A stretch of DNA of 64,000 bases from the human T2T-CHM13v2.0 reference genome, Homo sapiens: assembly GCF_009914755.1 (NCBI RefSeq), contig NC_060943.1; one strand, written 5' to 3'. The translations under genes were made by a program, and so were the position numbers. Shown piece after piece: positions 1 through 20,666 of the stretch; position 1 is the first letter of the stretch, and every line of letters begins with the position of its first letter. Under the pieces are notes generated by a model, which saw only the letters and a program-made list of their open reading frames with translations, had not been told where the DNA came from and ran no database searches.

Positions 1-92
1 TTTTGACAGGTCAGCCCCCAGTGTTTTGTTTTTGTAGTTTGAGGTCTAACTTCCATCCAGTGATGCGCACAGATGTTAAGTGAACAGCTCAG

Positions 93-96
<4 letters not shown>

Positions 97-144
<48 letters not shown>

Positions 145-145
145 G
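97..145. repeat. (GT)n microsatellite
   Basis: About 21 perfect GT units, then gcgtgtg. Confidence 0.97.
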
Positions 146-287
146 AACCACACCCACATCGAGCTGTTGAACATTTCCAGGACCCCAGCAGTCTCCTGTC
201 CGGAACCCTCCTGACTGACCATTCTGATTTCTGACACCATGAGTTTTGCTGACTTGGAAGCATATAGAATACATTCTTTTATTTTAA

Positions 288-1612
<1,325 letters not shown>

Positions 1613-1639
1613 TCACTGTCTTTATGAAATGGAGTTAGA

Positions 1640-2945
1640 TCATTGCTCCTTGTCTTGACAAATCTTAGAAATTGCCCAGACAACATATATTGATAAACTC
1701 ATCCCATGACTAGACAAAGTCTCCAACACTCCAGTGCTGGGAGCTCCAGCTTTCCACACTGCAGATGTTCTGCACCTCTGCTGTGGTCCCTCATTCCGCT
1801 TCCCAGGAGGGCGGGATAAGATCCTGGGAGGGTGGACCCTGCATGGCTCTGCTCCCTTTGATATGCATCCGAGACAGTGAAACCCACAGATAACACAGCT
1901 GAGGTGCTGAGAGCCCCAGAGGGTGGTTTGCTCCCTGACAGGTTCATTCCTCATTGAGGATGGAGAGTGTGGGAGGAGGAGCCGCAGAGGTGGCTCCTGT
2001 GACGAAGGCAGCCTTGCCCACTGCCTGTGTGATTCCCATGCATCTCTGGGTATGTTCTGGAAGTTGTTTCCTAAGGAAATTCTTCCAGCCATTTCCCCAC
2101 ACAGCTTTTTTTTGGGGGGTGGGAGGGGATTGTTGTGAAGGATGGGGGTCATCTGGAAGGATGGGTTTAGACGCATTTCATTATTGCCGTGGTCCAAACC
2201 CAGGTTCTTCATCACAGTCCCATGTGCTGCTCTTGCTGGCCGTGACTGTGGCTGGTGAGGTGAGAGGTGCAGGTGAGGAGAAAGGATCTTCCGGAGCCGA
2301 GTGGTACGTGGGGGACTGAATGTAGCTGTTAAAATGCACATACACGTTCTCTTCATAAAGTTTGCCCCTGGATTTGGCCACAGCGGGGGGCAGCTGGTTT
2401 CGCTGTGTGGGAACCACTGGAAAAGGGTTCTGAAGAGTTCTGGAAAAGACAGTTTGCAAGGCCAGCTGGTCAGAGGAACAGGGTCATTGGGACAACAGTT
2501 GTCATTAAGAGGATTTTCCCAGAGCAGTGTTTATTCCACGGTAGCAGACCGGGATCCAGTAGACTGCAGAGTGGGGCTGAAGAGGGTCTGCACTGTCGCA
2601 GGCCCTGCTACCGGCCCATTTGCACTTTGCATAGAGCCTGGTGTGGGGCCCTCGGGGGACGTCAGGGCAGCCAGGTGGGTCCCCCAAACCATAGCCCTTG
2701 GAGGACATGCAGTTGTTTACTGAGCTCTACTGGGAGGCTCTGGCTATTAGATGTCCACTGCAGCCACCAGGCACTTGGCCACCTTCCTGGAAGAGCCGTT
2801 GTCTCAGCTGGAAGAGACTTCATCTCTGGGCTCCTGCTCAGGTTCAGGCAGGTGAAGGAAAACGTCATGCACTTTCTTCATGGTTCTTCTTGCCTTGGCT
2901 TCCCGCAGGGTTTCTGGTATTTGGACAGTCAGTGTCTCCATGTGG
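1640..2945 (-). pseudogene. Candidate decayed protein-coding sequence of unknown family, antisense within a TDRD12 intron
   Basis: Non-repetitive; acceptor-like TTTTCTAG before 2945, ATG at 2941, long stop-poor frames, ATTAAA (minus) at 1599-1604; no homolog recognised. Confidence 0.35.
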
Positions 2946-3249
2946 CTAGAAAAGTATGATGCATCCATTGTGCTGCCACACGCTGGTGAGGGGCAAGGCC
3001 TGAGCTTCAGAGGCTCATCACAGTTAGGGCAGCATTCCTCCGCAGGATCTGCCAGCCCTGCTGCAGCTGGTCGGTCTCAGGTGGACCCCGTGCCCTCCTC
3101 TGCAGACGTGACACCCGCATGCCACTGTGCCAGGCAGGGCTTCTGGAGGACGCAGGTGTGGGGTTGTTTGTGTTGCATGTGGCCCGGCTCGGGGGCTGCT
3201 GCCTGCTCTTGCCCTCCTAGCTGTAGCTGTGCTCTGTGCAAGCAAACAC

Positions 3250-3650
3250 GATCTCGGGACCCTAAACTCCCTCTGCCAAAGGGGAAGTTACACGCTGGAC
3301 CTGGGTCTAAGCCTGTCTGCTTTTGTTCGCAAGCAGACAGCTGTCGCTTCATAGCCCTGGGTCGTAGCCCCGTGTCCTGTTATGTCTCCTGTCACATGTC
3401 ACTTTATCTTGTGTAAAGCTAGCTTTCCTGAGCTCGAGGGGATGCGTGATTGTCTTTGTCCTGCCCCACCCCCCGCCGCCCTTTCTTCCTCCAGCTTGCT
3501 CTCCCTTTTAGACACAGATGTTTAGGAAGCCCCTTTGGAAAAGCAGAGGCCATGGCGCTCCTGTGATTTGTGTTTCCCGGGGCACATCCTCAACTTTGGA
3601 TAAATCAACCTCGAGTCGGCTGAGACTCCCTCAGTCCCTTTTTGGTTGAC
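3250..3650 (+). mobile_element. ERV1 (MER4-group-like) LTR fragment
   Basis: 3' part ctcctgtgatttgtgtttcccggggcacatcctcaactttggataaat...tttttggttgac resembles MER4-group LTR ends; family uncertain. Confidence 0.55.
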
Positions 3651-4328
3651 GGCTCCGAGGAGGAACCTGGCCGCTTGCTCCCAGAAGCGGTGTCTTGTTC
3701 TTGTTCGCGTTCAGTGGCAGGACTGCCTCCTTCGCACCCTAGCTTCACGGCTCTGTCTTTAGGATCAGTCCCAGCTCTGTGATCAGGCCAGGCCACCCCG
3801 GGTTTCCTCTGCTCGCCTCCTCTCAGAAGGGCTTGGGGATTGTGCTCTCCAAGGTTCTTGACGTCACTGGGTCAGTGCACTCTTTTCCTGAGGCCACTCG
3901 ATGGCAGGCGGCATGTGACACCGAGGATGGCGCTTTCTCAGCAGGAGTCTGTTTGTTTCTTTGCCATTGTTTTCTATACCATGAATAAACCACAGAGGGT
4001 GGATCTGTTTTCCGTCTCAGGCTACTGTGATTCCAGCAGCTGTGAACATTCTTACTCCGGTGTTTGGATGGAAGCCTTGCCTGTTGGAGATTGAGAAGTT
4101 CACATTGCGTTGTTTGAGAATATGTCATGTCCAGCACTGGCTCCTCGTGCGTGCTGGCCGCTGTCCTTAGGGCATCCTGGCAGGTCAAACAGCTCCAGAG
4201 AAGCCTGCATGTTTGTATCCAAGGCCAGCCACTGCAATGAGGTTCTTTTTCAAATGAGTGACTTCACTTCCTGGTCATTGAATTTTAATACTTGTCAAAG
4301 GCTGTTTTTATTTTAAAATAAAATTTTA

Positions 4329-4620
4329 GGCCAGGCACAGTGGCTTAAGCCTGTAATCCCACCACTTTGGGAGGCCGAGGCAGGTAGATCACCTGAGGTC
4401 AGGAGTCCGAGACCAGCCTGACCAACATGGTGAAACTCCATTCCTACTAAAAATACAATATTAGCCGAGTGTGGTGGCGCATGCTTGTAATCCCAGCTAC
4501 TTGGTAGGCTGAGGCAGGAGAATCGCTTGAACTCGAAGGCAGAGGTTGCAGTGAGTCAAGATCATACCATTGCACTCCAGCCTGGGCAACAAGAACGAAA
4601 CTCCATCTCAAAAATAAAAA
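4329..4620 (+). mobile_element. AluS
   Basis: Full dimeric Alu. Confidence 0.92.
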
Positions 4621-4826
4621 TTTTAAAATTTTGTTTACCTATGTGATGGTTTTAATTTTTTCTAACTGTTCTTTGCAGCTAGATACTAGGGTTACTCAAT
4701 TTACACTTTTATGTGATTCCTCATCTAGACGTTGCATAAGGTACAAAAAAGTATATATATATGTGTGTACATGATGGAGTTACATATAAATAACCTGTAG
4801 GAAAATATGACCTTGATTTTGTGCAG

Positions 4827-4890
4827 AAACTTTATCTGGAAACACTGAAGGTGCCTTCATTAGCAGAACTGCACAGCCGCCTCTGAAAAG
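4827..4890 (+). CDS. TDRD12: TDRD12 coding exon ([20 protein letters not shown])
   Basis: gtgcag acceptor, AAG|gtacgt donor, open frame with phase matching the next exon. Confidence 0.75.
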
Positions 4891-4972
4891 GTACGTCCAC
4901 TCGGCATGGAGGAGTCGGCGTCCCTTACCCAGTTAATAAGATCAATGAATGCGCAGGTCTTTCTTCTTCTAG

Positions 4973-5086
4973 CTTCCACCCACAAATAAAATGGTTCCAA
5001 AAAGAAGATGTCGTCATCTTAAAGATAAGAATAAGGAATGTAAAGGACTACAAGTGTCAGTATTTAAGGGATAGAGTCGTTTTCAG
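4973..5086 (+). CDS. TDRD12: TDRD12 coding exon, start of CS/p23-like domain ([37 protein letters not shown])
   Basis: ttcttcttctag acceptor, CAG|gtaggt donor; W-F-Q motif typical of CS domains. Confidence 0.9.
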
Positions 5087-5173
5087 GTAGGTTTATGTAT
5101 AGTCATATAAAGTAAAATAGAAATAATTTTTAGCATTTTAAAAGGCTGACTTTATTTCTTTTTATAAACCCAG

Positions 5174-5327
5174 TGCTTGGGTGGGAGACAAATTTTACCT
5201 GGCTGATCTGGAGCTGCGGGGCAACATAAGGAAAGATGACTGCCAATGTGTGATTAGAAACGATGAACCTGTAATCACTCTGGCCAAAGAGAGAAGGGAG
5301 GCATGGTGTCACCTACTCAGACAGAGG
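5174..5327 (+). CDS. TDRD12: TDRD12 coding exon ([14 protein letters not shown]...AWCHLLRQR)
   Basis: cag acceptor, AGG|gtgagt donor, in frame. Confidence 0.9.
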
Positions 5328-5411
5328 GTGAGTTGGGATGCACTCAGCGGGTGGTCTTTACCCTGCGTGTGTCATATTCACGCGCTCACTGTCAGCTGTT
5401 CTCTTGAACAG

Positions 5412-5478
5412 AACCCCAACGTGGCTTTTGATTTTGATCACTGGGAAGACTGTGAAGAGGACAGCCACTTCCCCAAGG
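5412..5478 (+). CDS. TDRD12: TDRD12 coding exon ([22 protein letters not shown])
   Basis: aacag acceptor, G|gtaagg donor; DFDHWED resembles the p23 DFxxW motif. Confidence 0.9.
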
Positions 5479-5892
5479 GTAAGGCATAGAGCGCCCACTC
5501 TCCGAGGGGTTGTAGGTTCTGAGGGCAGTGAGGGACACCATCACCCACTTAGGAATTCAGCCTTGGTGGAAGTGGACCGTTCATGTCAAGCCCTGAGAAA
5601 TCAGTTTTCTCTTTGTTTATCTTGGTGCTAAACGTTCTGGTTTGAGTACTTTTCAACCCTTGGTGATAAACACACCTTTTAATAACACACTACAGATATT
5701 CTTCCTAGAAGAATAAATTATTTGTAAGCAGACCAATTTGACCTGCTCATTTCTTACCTAAAATAATGAAAATATAAGATACATAGAGCTGGAACCCAAG
5801 GCATTTTTTTCTGCATTGACCCAAATAATGGGGGGAAATAAAGATTTGCTGATTAGTCTACACTTATTTGTTATAATATCTTACTCCTTTAG

Positions 5893-5996
5893 TAGTGAAT
5901 TCTAAAAACCTGCCGTACACAGTGACAGAGGTGGTTGAAGACAGTAGCAGCACTTCAGAGGATGACGACAGTGAGAGTGAAAGAGAAGGTGAATGA
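5893..5996 (+). CDS. TDRD12: TDRD12 terminal coding exon (VVNSKNLPYTVTEVVEDSSSTSEDDDSESEREGE*)
   Basis: cctttag acceptor, acidic tail, TGA at 5994-5996. Confidence 0.88.
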
Positions 5997-6049
5997 CGTC
6001 CTCAAGAGCGGCTGGAAGATGTTGAACAAAAATGGATATTGCCATGTGA

Positions 6050-6496
<447 letters not shown>

Positions 6497-8282
6497 TAAA
6501 AATAGGCTGATGATAAGACCATCAAAGGAGGGTGGACACAGAGAAACAGCAGGTGTGGTCTGATTCCGCCGGCTTGTCTGTCCTGTCTGGCGCCTCTCGC
6601 CACTCACCCTGGCAGAGCAGACATGCATCTGGGTGATGAAATGCACTGTCTGGAGTCAGTCCATTCATTTTTTTTCACCTAGACCTTTGCTACATTGCTA
6701 CAAACCTGATCTTACACATATAAATTGAGGTTTCTAATGTACACACTTAGACTCAGCAACTGTTGAACCAGCCCTTTCAACCATGAGATAGTGGGATTTA
6801 ACATAACCATCTATGTGAATTGATAGTGTTAGCATTCTTGGATAGTGATAGCTCCTCAGAGTAAGTTGACTTCTGATGAAGAGATAGTCCAGGGATAGAA
6901 ATTGGATTGCTCAGTAAGACCCAGGCCTTTCCGGGGTGAAGCTGCTGGTTCTAAACAATCCCTTGGACCTGCAGAGTCCTGAGCAAATGGCACAAAGGTT
7001 GCTTTTTAGTGGAAATTCACAAGGGCCTGTGGGGTGCCTGGAGGTGATCTTTGAATGCCTACATGTCGTGAGCCCTGCAGACATTCGCCACCCCATCTGC
7101 ATTGTGGCTGCAGCACTGGGGGGGGTCACCAGGTTTAGGGGAGGAGTGTATGTAGTCATGGCCACACCCAGAGGCTGGCTTTTGTGCTTTGGGTTTCTTT
7201 GTTGACTGAAAAAGCGAGAAAGGTGAGCTATTGGGAAATTAAAAGTCCTGTGCACTCTGTGTCTTGTTTATCAGCTTTGCCTCGGAATGGAAAAGAATTT
7301 GGATAGAACATGAGTGTTGTGTGACGGCCCCAAGATCTTTATTATTTTTTTGTATCAGAAAGCGCCAATGCCCAGGCTTATGTATGTCCCAGCAGAAGCC
7401 ACCGCTTGAACTAGAGGTGAACTTTGTCATCAAGCTGTCCTGTGAGCAGGTCTGGATCACACTCTGGCTCAGTTTTCTCATCTGTAAAATGAGACATCCC
7501 CTCATTGTGTGGCCTGGCCTTGTCTCAGGGAGCGCCCGCCGAGTGCTGCTGGGTTGGGCAGTTTTTCTGCCCAGTGGCTCTGATGGGGGCTCAGAGCCCT
7601 GGCCTCCCCTGGGAGGACACGCTGTGCAGCCAGGACAGCTGCCGGGAGTGTGCCCAGGTCACTGCTATGGCCTTCGCAGGGTGACTGGCAGGTATCAAAT
7701 CAGCCCATGAAGGAAGATGGTGATTTTCCTTTTTTGTAGCTAAATTGGGCAGGCTCTTGGGAAGTAGAAAGTTCTGGTGTTTTTGCTGGTGAAGGTTTTG
7801 ACTGTGGAGCTCTTCTAACACCCATATCAGTGTCTGTTTCTCTGCATGTGGCTGCTGCCCTGTTGGTGGAGCTCTGGGGGCAGAGACCAGGCCGCCGTCC
7901 AGTGGCGCCCCGTGCGCACCAGCTGCCTGCTGTTTACACCCAGGTGCGCCGAGTCTCTTTCATACAGCACAGCAAATGATAATAGCTAGTGACAATGTGT
8001 TTCCTGTGCACTCGTGAAAATGCAGGGAGGACAACTGCATGCTTAGATCTGTTTCTTTTTTCAGACATTCAAATGTTCTAATATCTGAAGCTAACATTTT
8101 GTAGGATATAGGATGCTGATTATGTGAACAATTAGTCATTGGTTTTCTGTACTGCTATGAATATGTCTGATTTCAAGTTTTGGTCAAATATCTAAAATGC
8201 AAGGTGAAAGTGCCTTTGTCTCTATGCTTCTAAAATCGCTCATGCTTAGTTGTGGTATGGATGTCTTCCGCAGTGTATCATC

Positions 8283-8288
8283 AATAAA
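8283..8288 (+). terminator. TDRD12: Probable TDRD12 polyadenylation signal AATAAA
   Basis: Canonical hexamer followed by T/GT-rich sequence. Confidence 0.6.
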
Positions 8289-8644
8289 ATTTCACTGTTT
8301 TCACAGAAATGTTGCTTTTTACATTTTTTAAACAGTACTTTCCCTGAATGCCAAACACAGAATAAAACTTTACTCACCACACTTTCTGGTTTGACTAAAA
8401 CGCCCGTGAAGGCTGCTAGGGAGCCAGCGATGCTGACTGGCAATGCAGGCGACCCTCGTGATGAGCACACCGGCTGTGGAGGGTTCTGGATGGAGGCTCA
8501 GCTCTTGCCATTCATCCTGGCAGATAGATAGATACATGGCACGCACATCACAGGTTCAGCACAGGGCGCCAGTACTTTACTTTTAGGGTAGGGGAGAGTG
8601 GGTGAGAAACATTTGTACTTTAATATTTTTGTATATTTATTTAC

Positions 8645-8932
8645 TTTTTGAGTTGGGGTCTCTGTCATCCAGGCTGGAGTGCAGTGGCATGATGATGGCT
8701 CACTACACCCTGGACTCCAGGCTCAGGTGATCCTCCCACCTCAGCCTCTTGAGTAGCTGGGGCTACAGGTGTGCAACACGATGCCTGGCTAATTTTTTTA
8801 TGTTTTTTATAGATTAGATACATGATTTTGCCATGTTGCCCAGGCTGGTCTTGAACTCCTGGACTCAAGCGATCTATCCGCCTTGGCCTCCCAAAGTGCT
8901 GAGATTATAGGCGTGAGCCACCACACCTGGCC
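8645..8932 (-). mobile_element. AluJ-like
   Basis: Alu consensus, reverse orientation. Confidence 0.88.
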
Positions 8933-9259
8933 AGTAATTTACTGTTGTTTTAAAATCTATAGCAATCAATCAATCAATCAAAGCAAAAATGTCATCCATT
9001 TTATATAAGAGACCTTATTGACATTGAGTTTAAAGAACACCTTTCATTTAAGTGTGATGTGCCCCTTGTTAAATAGCTGCCACTGTAATGGAGGCTTTTA
9101 TTCAGCCCTTCCCTAAGCATCTGCCTCTTGTTTGTTAGGTGACATCTCACCTGACAACAACTTTAGCAAACAAACACTTGCCACTTCCCCTTTCTAGAAC
9201 CCCCACTCAGAGAACTAAGAATATCTAAAAATAACAATATTTTAAACATCTGAGTATAT

Positions 9260-9265
9260 TTTATT
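9260..9265 (-). terminator. SLC7A9: SLC7A9 polyadenylation signal AATAAA
   Basis: tttatt on + strand, ~85 nt after the stop codon. Confidence 0.8.
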
Positions 9266-9348
9266 CGTAAGAAAAAAAGGAAGAAATAACCACAAATATT
9301 GCTTAAGAAAATAAATTCAGCTGACTTGGCTACAAGAGACGGAGCTTG

Positions 9349-9441
<93 letters not shown>

Positions 9442-9850
9442 TTAGTTAGACTGAAATTCGAAAGTTTCACTGGAGTTGTTGTGGGTGAGGGTGACATTGT
9501 TTTCAGTCTTTGGTGATGCGTCACCTAGACCCTGTGCTCGGGATGGCCAGCTTTCCTGCCTTCTGGTTGGATTTCACACTTTCCTGGCTTCTGTCTTCTC
9601 CCAGAATTGCAGGAATAGAAATAAAAACCTCCTAGGAGTGTCCGGAGGGACGACTGCACTTTCCAGTTCAGATGAGCTGAACAGGAGAAACAGGCAGGCT
9701 TTTAATCACATTCACTTAATAAATCTTAACTGGCTGTTACAGGCTGCCGCAGCCAGAGTTAAATTGCACACAGCCCAAGTCCTGTCCTCAAGGAGCTCCT
9801 GGAAGAGGATGCCCAGGAAGTCTTAAAGGCTTTTAGAAATGGGGTTTCCT

Positions 9851-10318
9851 AGGCAGGCGGATCACGAGGTCAGGAGATCGAGAATATCCTGGCTAACACA
9901 GTGAAACCCCGTCTCTACTAAAAATACAAAAAAAAAAAAAAGAAAGAAAGAAATAGGGTTTCCTGCAGTTGAATCTGTTGTAAAGGATAAAACATTGTGA
10001 ATGTAATATAGACTTTTTGTTTTTGTGTTTTTTGAGATGGACTCTCGCTCTGTTGCCCAGGCTGGAGTGCAGTGGGGGGATCTTGGCTTACCGCAAGCTC
10101 CGCCTCCCGAGTTCACGCCATTCTTCTGCCTCAGCCTCCTGAGTAGCTGGGACTACAGGCGCCCGCCACCACGCCCGGCTAATTTTTTTTTGTATTTTTA
10201 GTGGAGACGGGGTTTCACCGTGTTAGCCACGATGGTCTCGATCTCCTGACCTCGTGATCTGCCCCCTCAGCCTCCCAAAGTGCTGGGATTACAGACATGA
10301 GCCACCGTGCCCGGCCCG
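9851..10318. mobile_element. AluY left-arm fragment (+, 9851-9948) and full AluY (-, ~10019-10318)
   Basis: TSDs AGAAATRGGGTTTCCT and ATATAGACTTTTT respectively. Confidence 0.9.
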
Positions 10319-10721
10319 ATATAGACTTTTTTAAAGGTGTAATTCCGTCTCTTTTGATGTACTTTGACACAAGTGCTTTCTTTTCAGAAGCAAAAGTGGC
10401 TACTAACATAGCTAAACTTTTAAACAACTGTCCTAAAACTGATGAGGGTCAGGACTGCTGAAAGAGTGAGCCCTGTGCCCTTGGCATTAAAAGGCTTGGG
10501 CCCCAGCCCAGTTCCCCAGGCCAAGGCCATGACTTTTTGTGTGTCTTTGCAATGCTGCTAGGCCTCTTAGATGATGTCTGCATATCAGACAAAGGAGAAT
10601 GGTGTTTCAGGATGAGACGCATGATGGTGGGAATATGCCTAATGCTACTGAACTTTACACTGACAAGTGGCTGAGATAGAAACGTTTATGTTGTGTGTCT
10701 TTCGCAATTAAAAAGAAAATG

Positions 10722-11672
<951 letters not shown>

Positions 11673-11758
11673 TTATTACAGTAATTGACAGGAACAAAAC
11701 AATCAAGGGTGGACCCAGAGGTGTACAGTGAGGGCGTGGGCATGTGTCCTCCTGGGAC

Positions 11759-12070
<312 letters not shown>

Positions 12071-12213
12071 TCATGGGTACCCATTTTCTTTTTGAAATTT
12101 TTCATGATAAAAAACCGATTTTTATAAAAAGAGTATGAACTCCATGTACCCCCTCCTCCAATTTCAATCATTTTAATGTAATTTTGCCAATCTTATTTCA
12201 TCTATACCTTTTA

Positions 12214-15077
<2,864 letters not shown>

Positions 15078-15942
15078 AGAATTTATGTACTTTTATCTTC
15101 TATTTCTATTAATATTTCCTCTTGGACCCAAAAGTTTAACTTTTTTCTTTTATCAATTTCCTGTTTTGTTTCATTAAAGAGAGAGAATGTTATTTGCTTT
15201 TTGGTTGTTTTGATTTCTGGGGTTTTCTTTTTGAAATATCAAGGTTTTCTTCATGGCATTAAAAGCTGTCAGTTTTCAGACAGGTCCCATTTGCAACTGA
15301 AAAAGGTATACTCGCTGTTGCTGGGGTTCGGGGCTTGATACAAACCTCTAAGATCTATCTTGCTATATTTTAGATCCCCAGTCACTTTTACCAGTGCTGC
15401 GTCCAGATCTGTCTTGGCCTGAAGGAGGTGTTTTCCAGTCACCTGTTATTAACGTGTTTCTCCCTCCGTGGATTTCCTGCAGTTTCTGCTTCGTAAAGAT
15501 GGTTGCTATATGGTTTGGTGAATAGGTTTTCAAAACTTACCTCTTCATTGTGGATTTTAGCCTTTAGCATGGCCTGTCTTTGTCTTAAATAATGCTTTGG
15601 GCCTGAGCACTTGTCTGATAAGATCACAGCCCCTGTTTTTCTGTATATTCATTTGCTTGATATTTCTCTGCCTGTTCTTTTAATTTTTCACAGCTTTGAA
15701 GATCCGCCTGAAAAATCTTTTACTTTCAATGGCTGATGTAAGTCCAATTTAAATGGAGTAAGCCCGTTTATTCATATAATGATAAGTCTGGTCTCCATTC
15801 TCTCGTGTTGTTTTATCTTTCTGTATACAAGCATCCTCTACTCACTGTCAGTCTTGCGTCCTCGAAGAGTGATGTTCTATGGAAGAACCCCCCAGGCCTG
15901 TGTCCCTTCTTTTAAATTCACCATAGGAAACCTCAAATTTCC

Positions 15943-16250
15943 TGCCAGGTGCTGTGGCTCACACCTGTAATCCCAGTACTTTGGGAGGCCAAGGCAGGAA
16001 GATAACTTGAGCCAGGAGTTCAAGACCAGTCTGGCCCACATGGCGAAACCCCATGTCTACAAAAAATACAAAAATTAGCCAGGTGTGGTGGCGTGCACCT
16101 GTGGTCCCAGCTATTTGGGAGGCTGAGGTGGGAGGATCGCTTGAGCCTGGGAGGCACGGTTGCAGTGAGTTGTAATCACACCACTGCACTCCAGCCTGGG
16201 TGACAGAGGAGATTCCATCTCAAAAAAAAAAAAAAAAAAAAAAAAAGAAA
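15943..16250 (+). mobile_element. AluJ/S
   Basis: Dimer with long A-tail; flanking GAAACCTCAAATT repeat. Confidence 0.88.
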
Positions 16251-16729
16251 CCTCAAATTCCCAACCAAAAAACAGTAAATGTGCATATAAATAACATGTT
16301 ACCCAACACAGATTACATTAGATGGTAAACTGTGTTTAAAATAATTTTTGGTGACCAAACAGTTAACATGGTTGTTGACCAATGACTGCCTTTAATGCAA
16401 TAACATGGTCTCGCAAGACGTGAGACGCTTACACCTCACACTGTCAGTACGCCTACACGTGGCTTTCAGTACGCCTACACGTGATTTTGATGTGTGTTGA
16501 ATTTGGAATGTAACTTGAAACTTTTATCACACATTTTGTCAAAAGTTTATACTACATTTTGGGGATTCAGATACTGATTTTTCCATATAAATATCAGCTG
16601 GAAATGAAAGCATTTAGAGATGCATGGATTCTATAGTTCAGGGTGTTAAAAGCTAATAAGCAAAAAATAGCAATGACAAAAAATCCTAATAAGCAGTCTA
16701 CAAGAAAACATCAACCAGGAAGGTATTCT

Positions 16730-16978
<249 letters not shown>

Positions 16979-17099
16979 TTAAATGTTAAATTTTAATTAT
17001 TTCATGTATTCTAAGCACACTTCCTCTTTTTTAATGTGTCTTTTGGTAGGTATGAAGGATGTGTTTTTGTTCTGAGAGTTACTGTAACTATTATAGCTA

Positions 17100-17680
17100 A
17101 TATATTATAACTAATATATTTTAAAGGGGACTAAGGGCATTATTATATAAGGATATATTCTGTATAATATATGTGTATATTATATAAGAATATATTATAT
17201 CTAATAGGCACAATCTATACATATATAATAGGCATAATATACATATATTTAATGCTATATATATTTGTTGTATATATGTTATATATTATGTATATATACA
17301 TATCATGTGTATATAAAAACGTATATTATACATATACCTATAATATATACTTATATACAACATATTTATATCTTATATCCTTATATAATACCCTTAGTCC
17401 CCTTTTAAAGATATTATATATGTATATATGTACTTATATGTATATGTATTTGTATGTATAACAGACATGTAATGATACACATATACATATATACATATAT
17501 GCACATATATACATATACAAATATATACATATATATCTATTATACACATATATTACATATATTATACATTATACACATATATAGTACACATATATGTATA
17601 TATTATGTATAATGCCCTTAGTCCCCTTTTAAAGATATGAATTATATTATTAACTGAGCATATAATACCCTTAGTTTCTT
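17100..17680. repeat. TA-rich low-complexity tract with inverted and direct copies of a ~30-bp motif
   Basis: Motif TAAT(A/G)CCCTTAGTCCCCTTT inverted at ~17123-17157, direct at ~17374-17406 and ~17608-17638, partial at 17661-17675. Confidence 0.9.
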
Positions 17681-18000
17681 CTTTTTTTAGACATTGTGTA
17701 TAATAAGCAATAATGAAGTTAGCTAGGTGTTCTCTTCCTCCCAGCATCTAATTTAAAGTGGCTTCCTTATTGGCAGCTTGTCTGGCATACTTTCCTCAGT
17801 TGGCATATACTTTTCCATGTGCTTTCTCTCGTCCATGTTTTTGTATGATATTGCCAGTGCATAATAGTGGCATACACTTCTGTCCCCTTTATCTCTCATC
17901 ATTAATCTTAGTTCTATAATTTGATATATTCACCTTTGCCAGTGACTTTTTGGTTTCTGAAGCTCATTCTCTGGGTGATTCCTCAAGGTCTCATGTAATT

Positions 18001-20666
<2,666 letters not shown>

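Noticed and set aside
4679-4740. Possible extra TDRD12 exon (ttgcag ... aag|gtac)
   Set aside because: The frame needed to join the 4827 exon begins with TAG.
7264-7710. 148-aa ORF (+)
   Set aside because: Lies in the TDRD12 3'UTR, has a non-ATG start, includes a MIR fragment and shows no domain.
17171-17461. Tyr/Ile-rich ORF
   Set aside because: Translation of TA low-complexity sequence.
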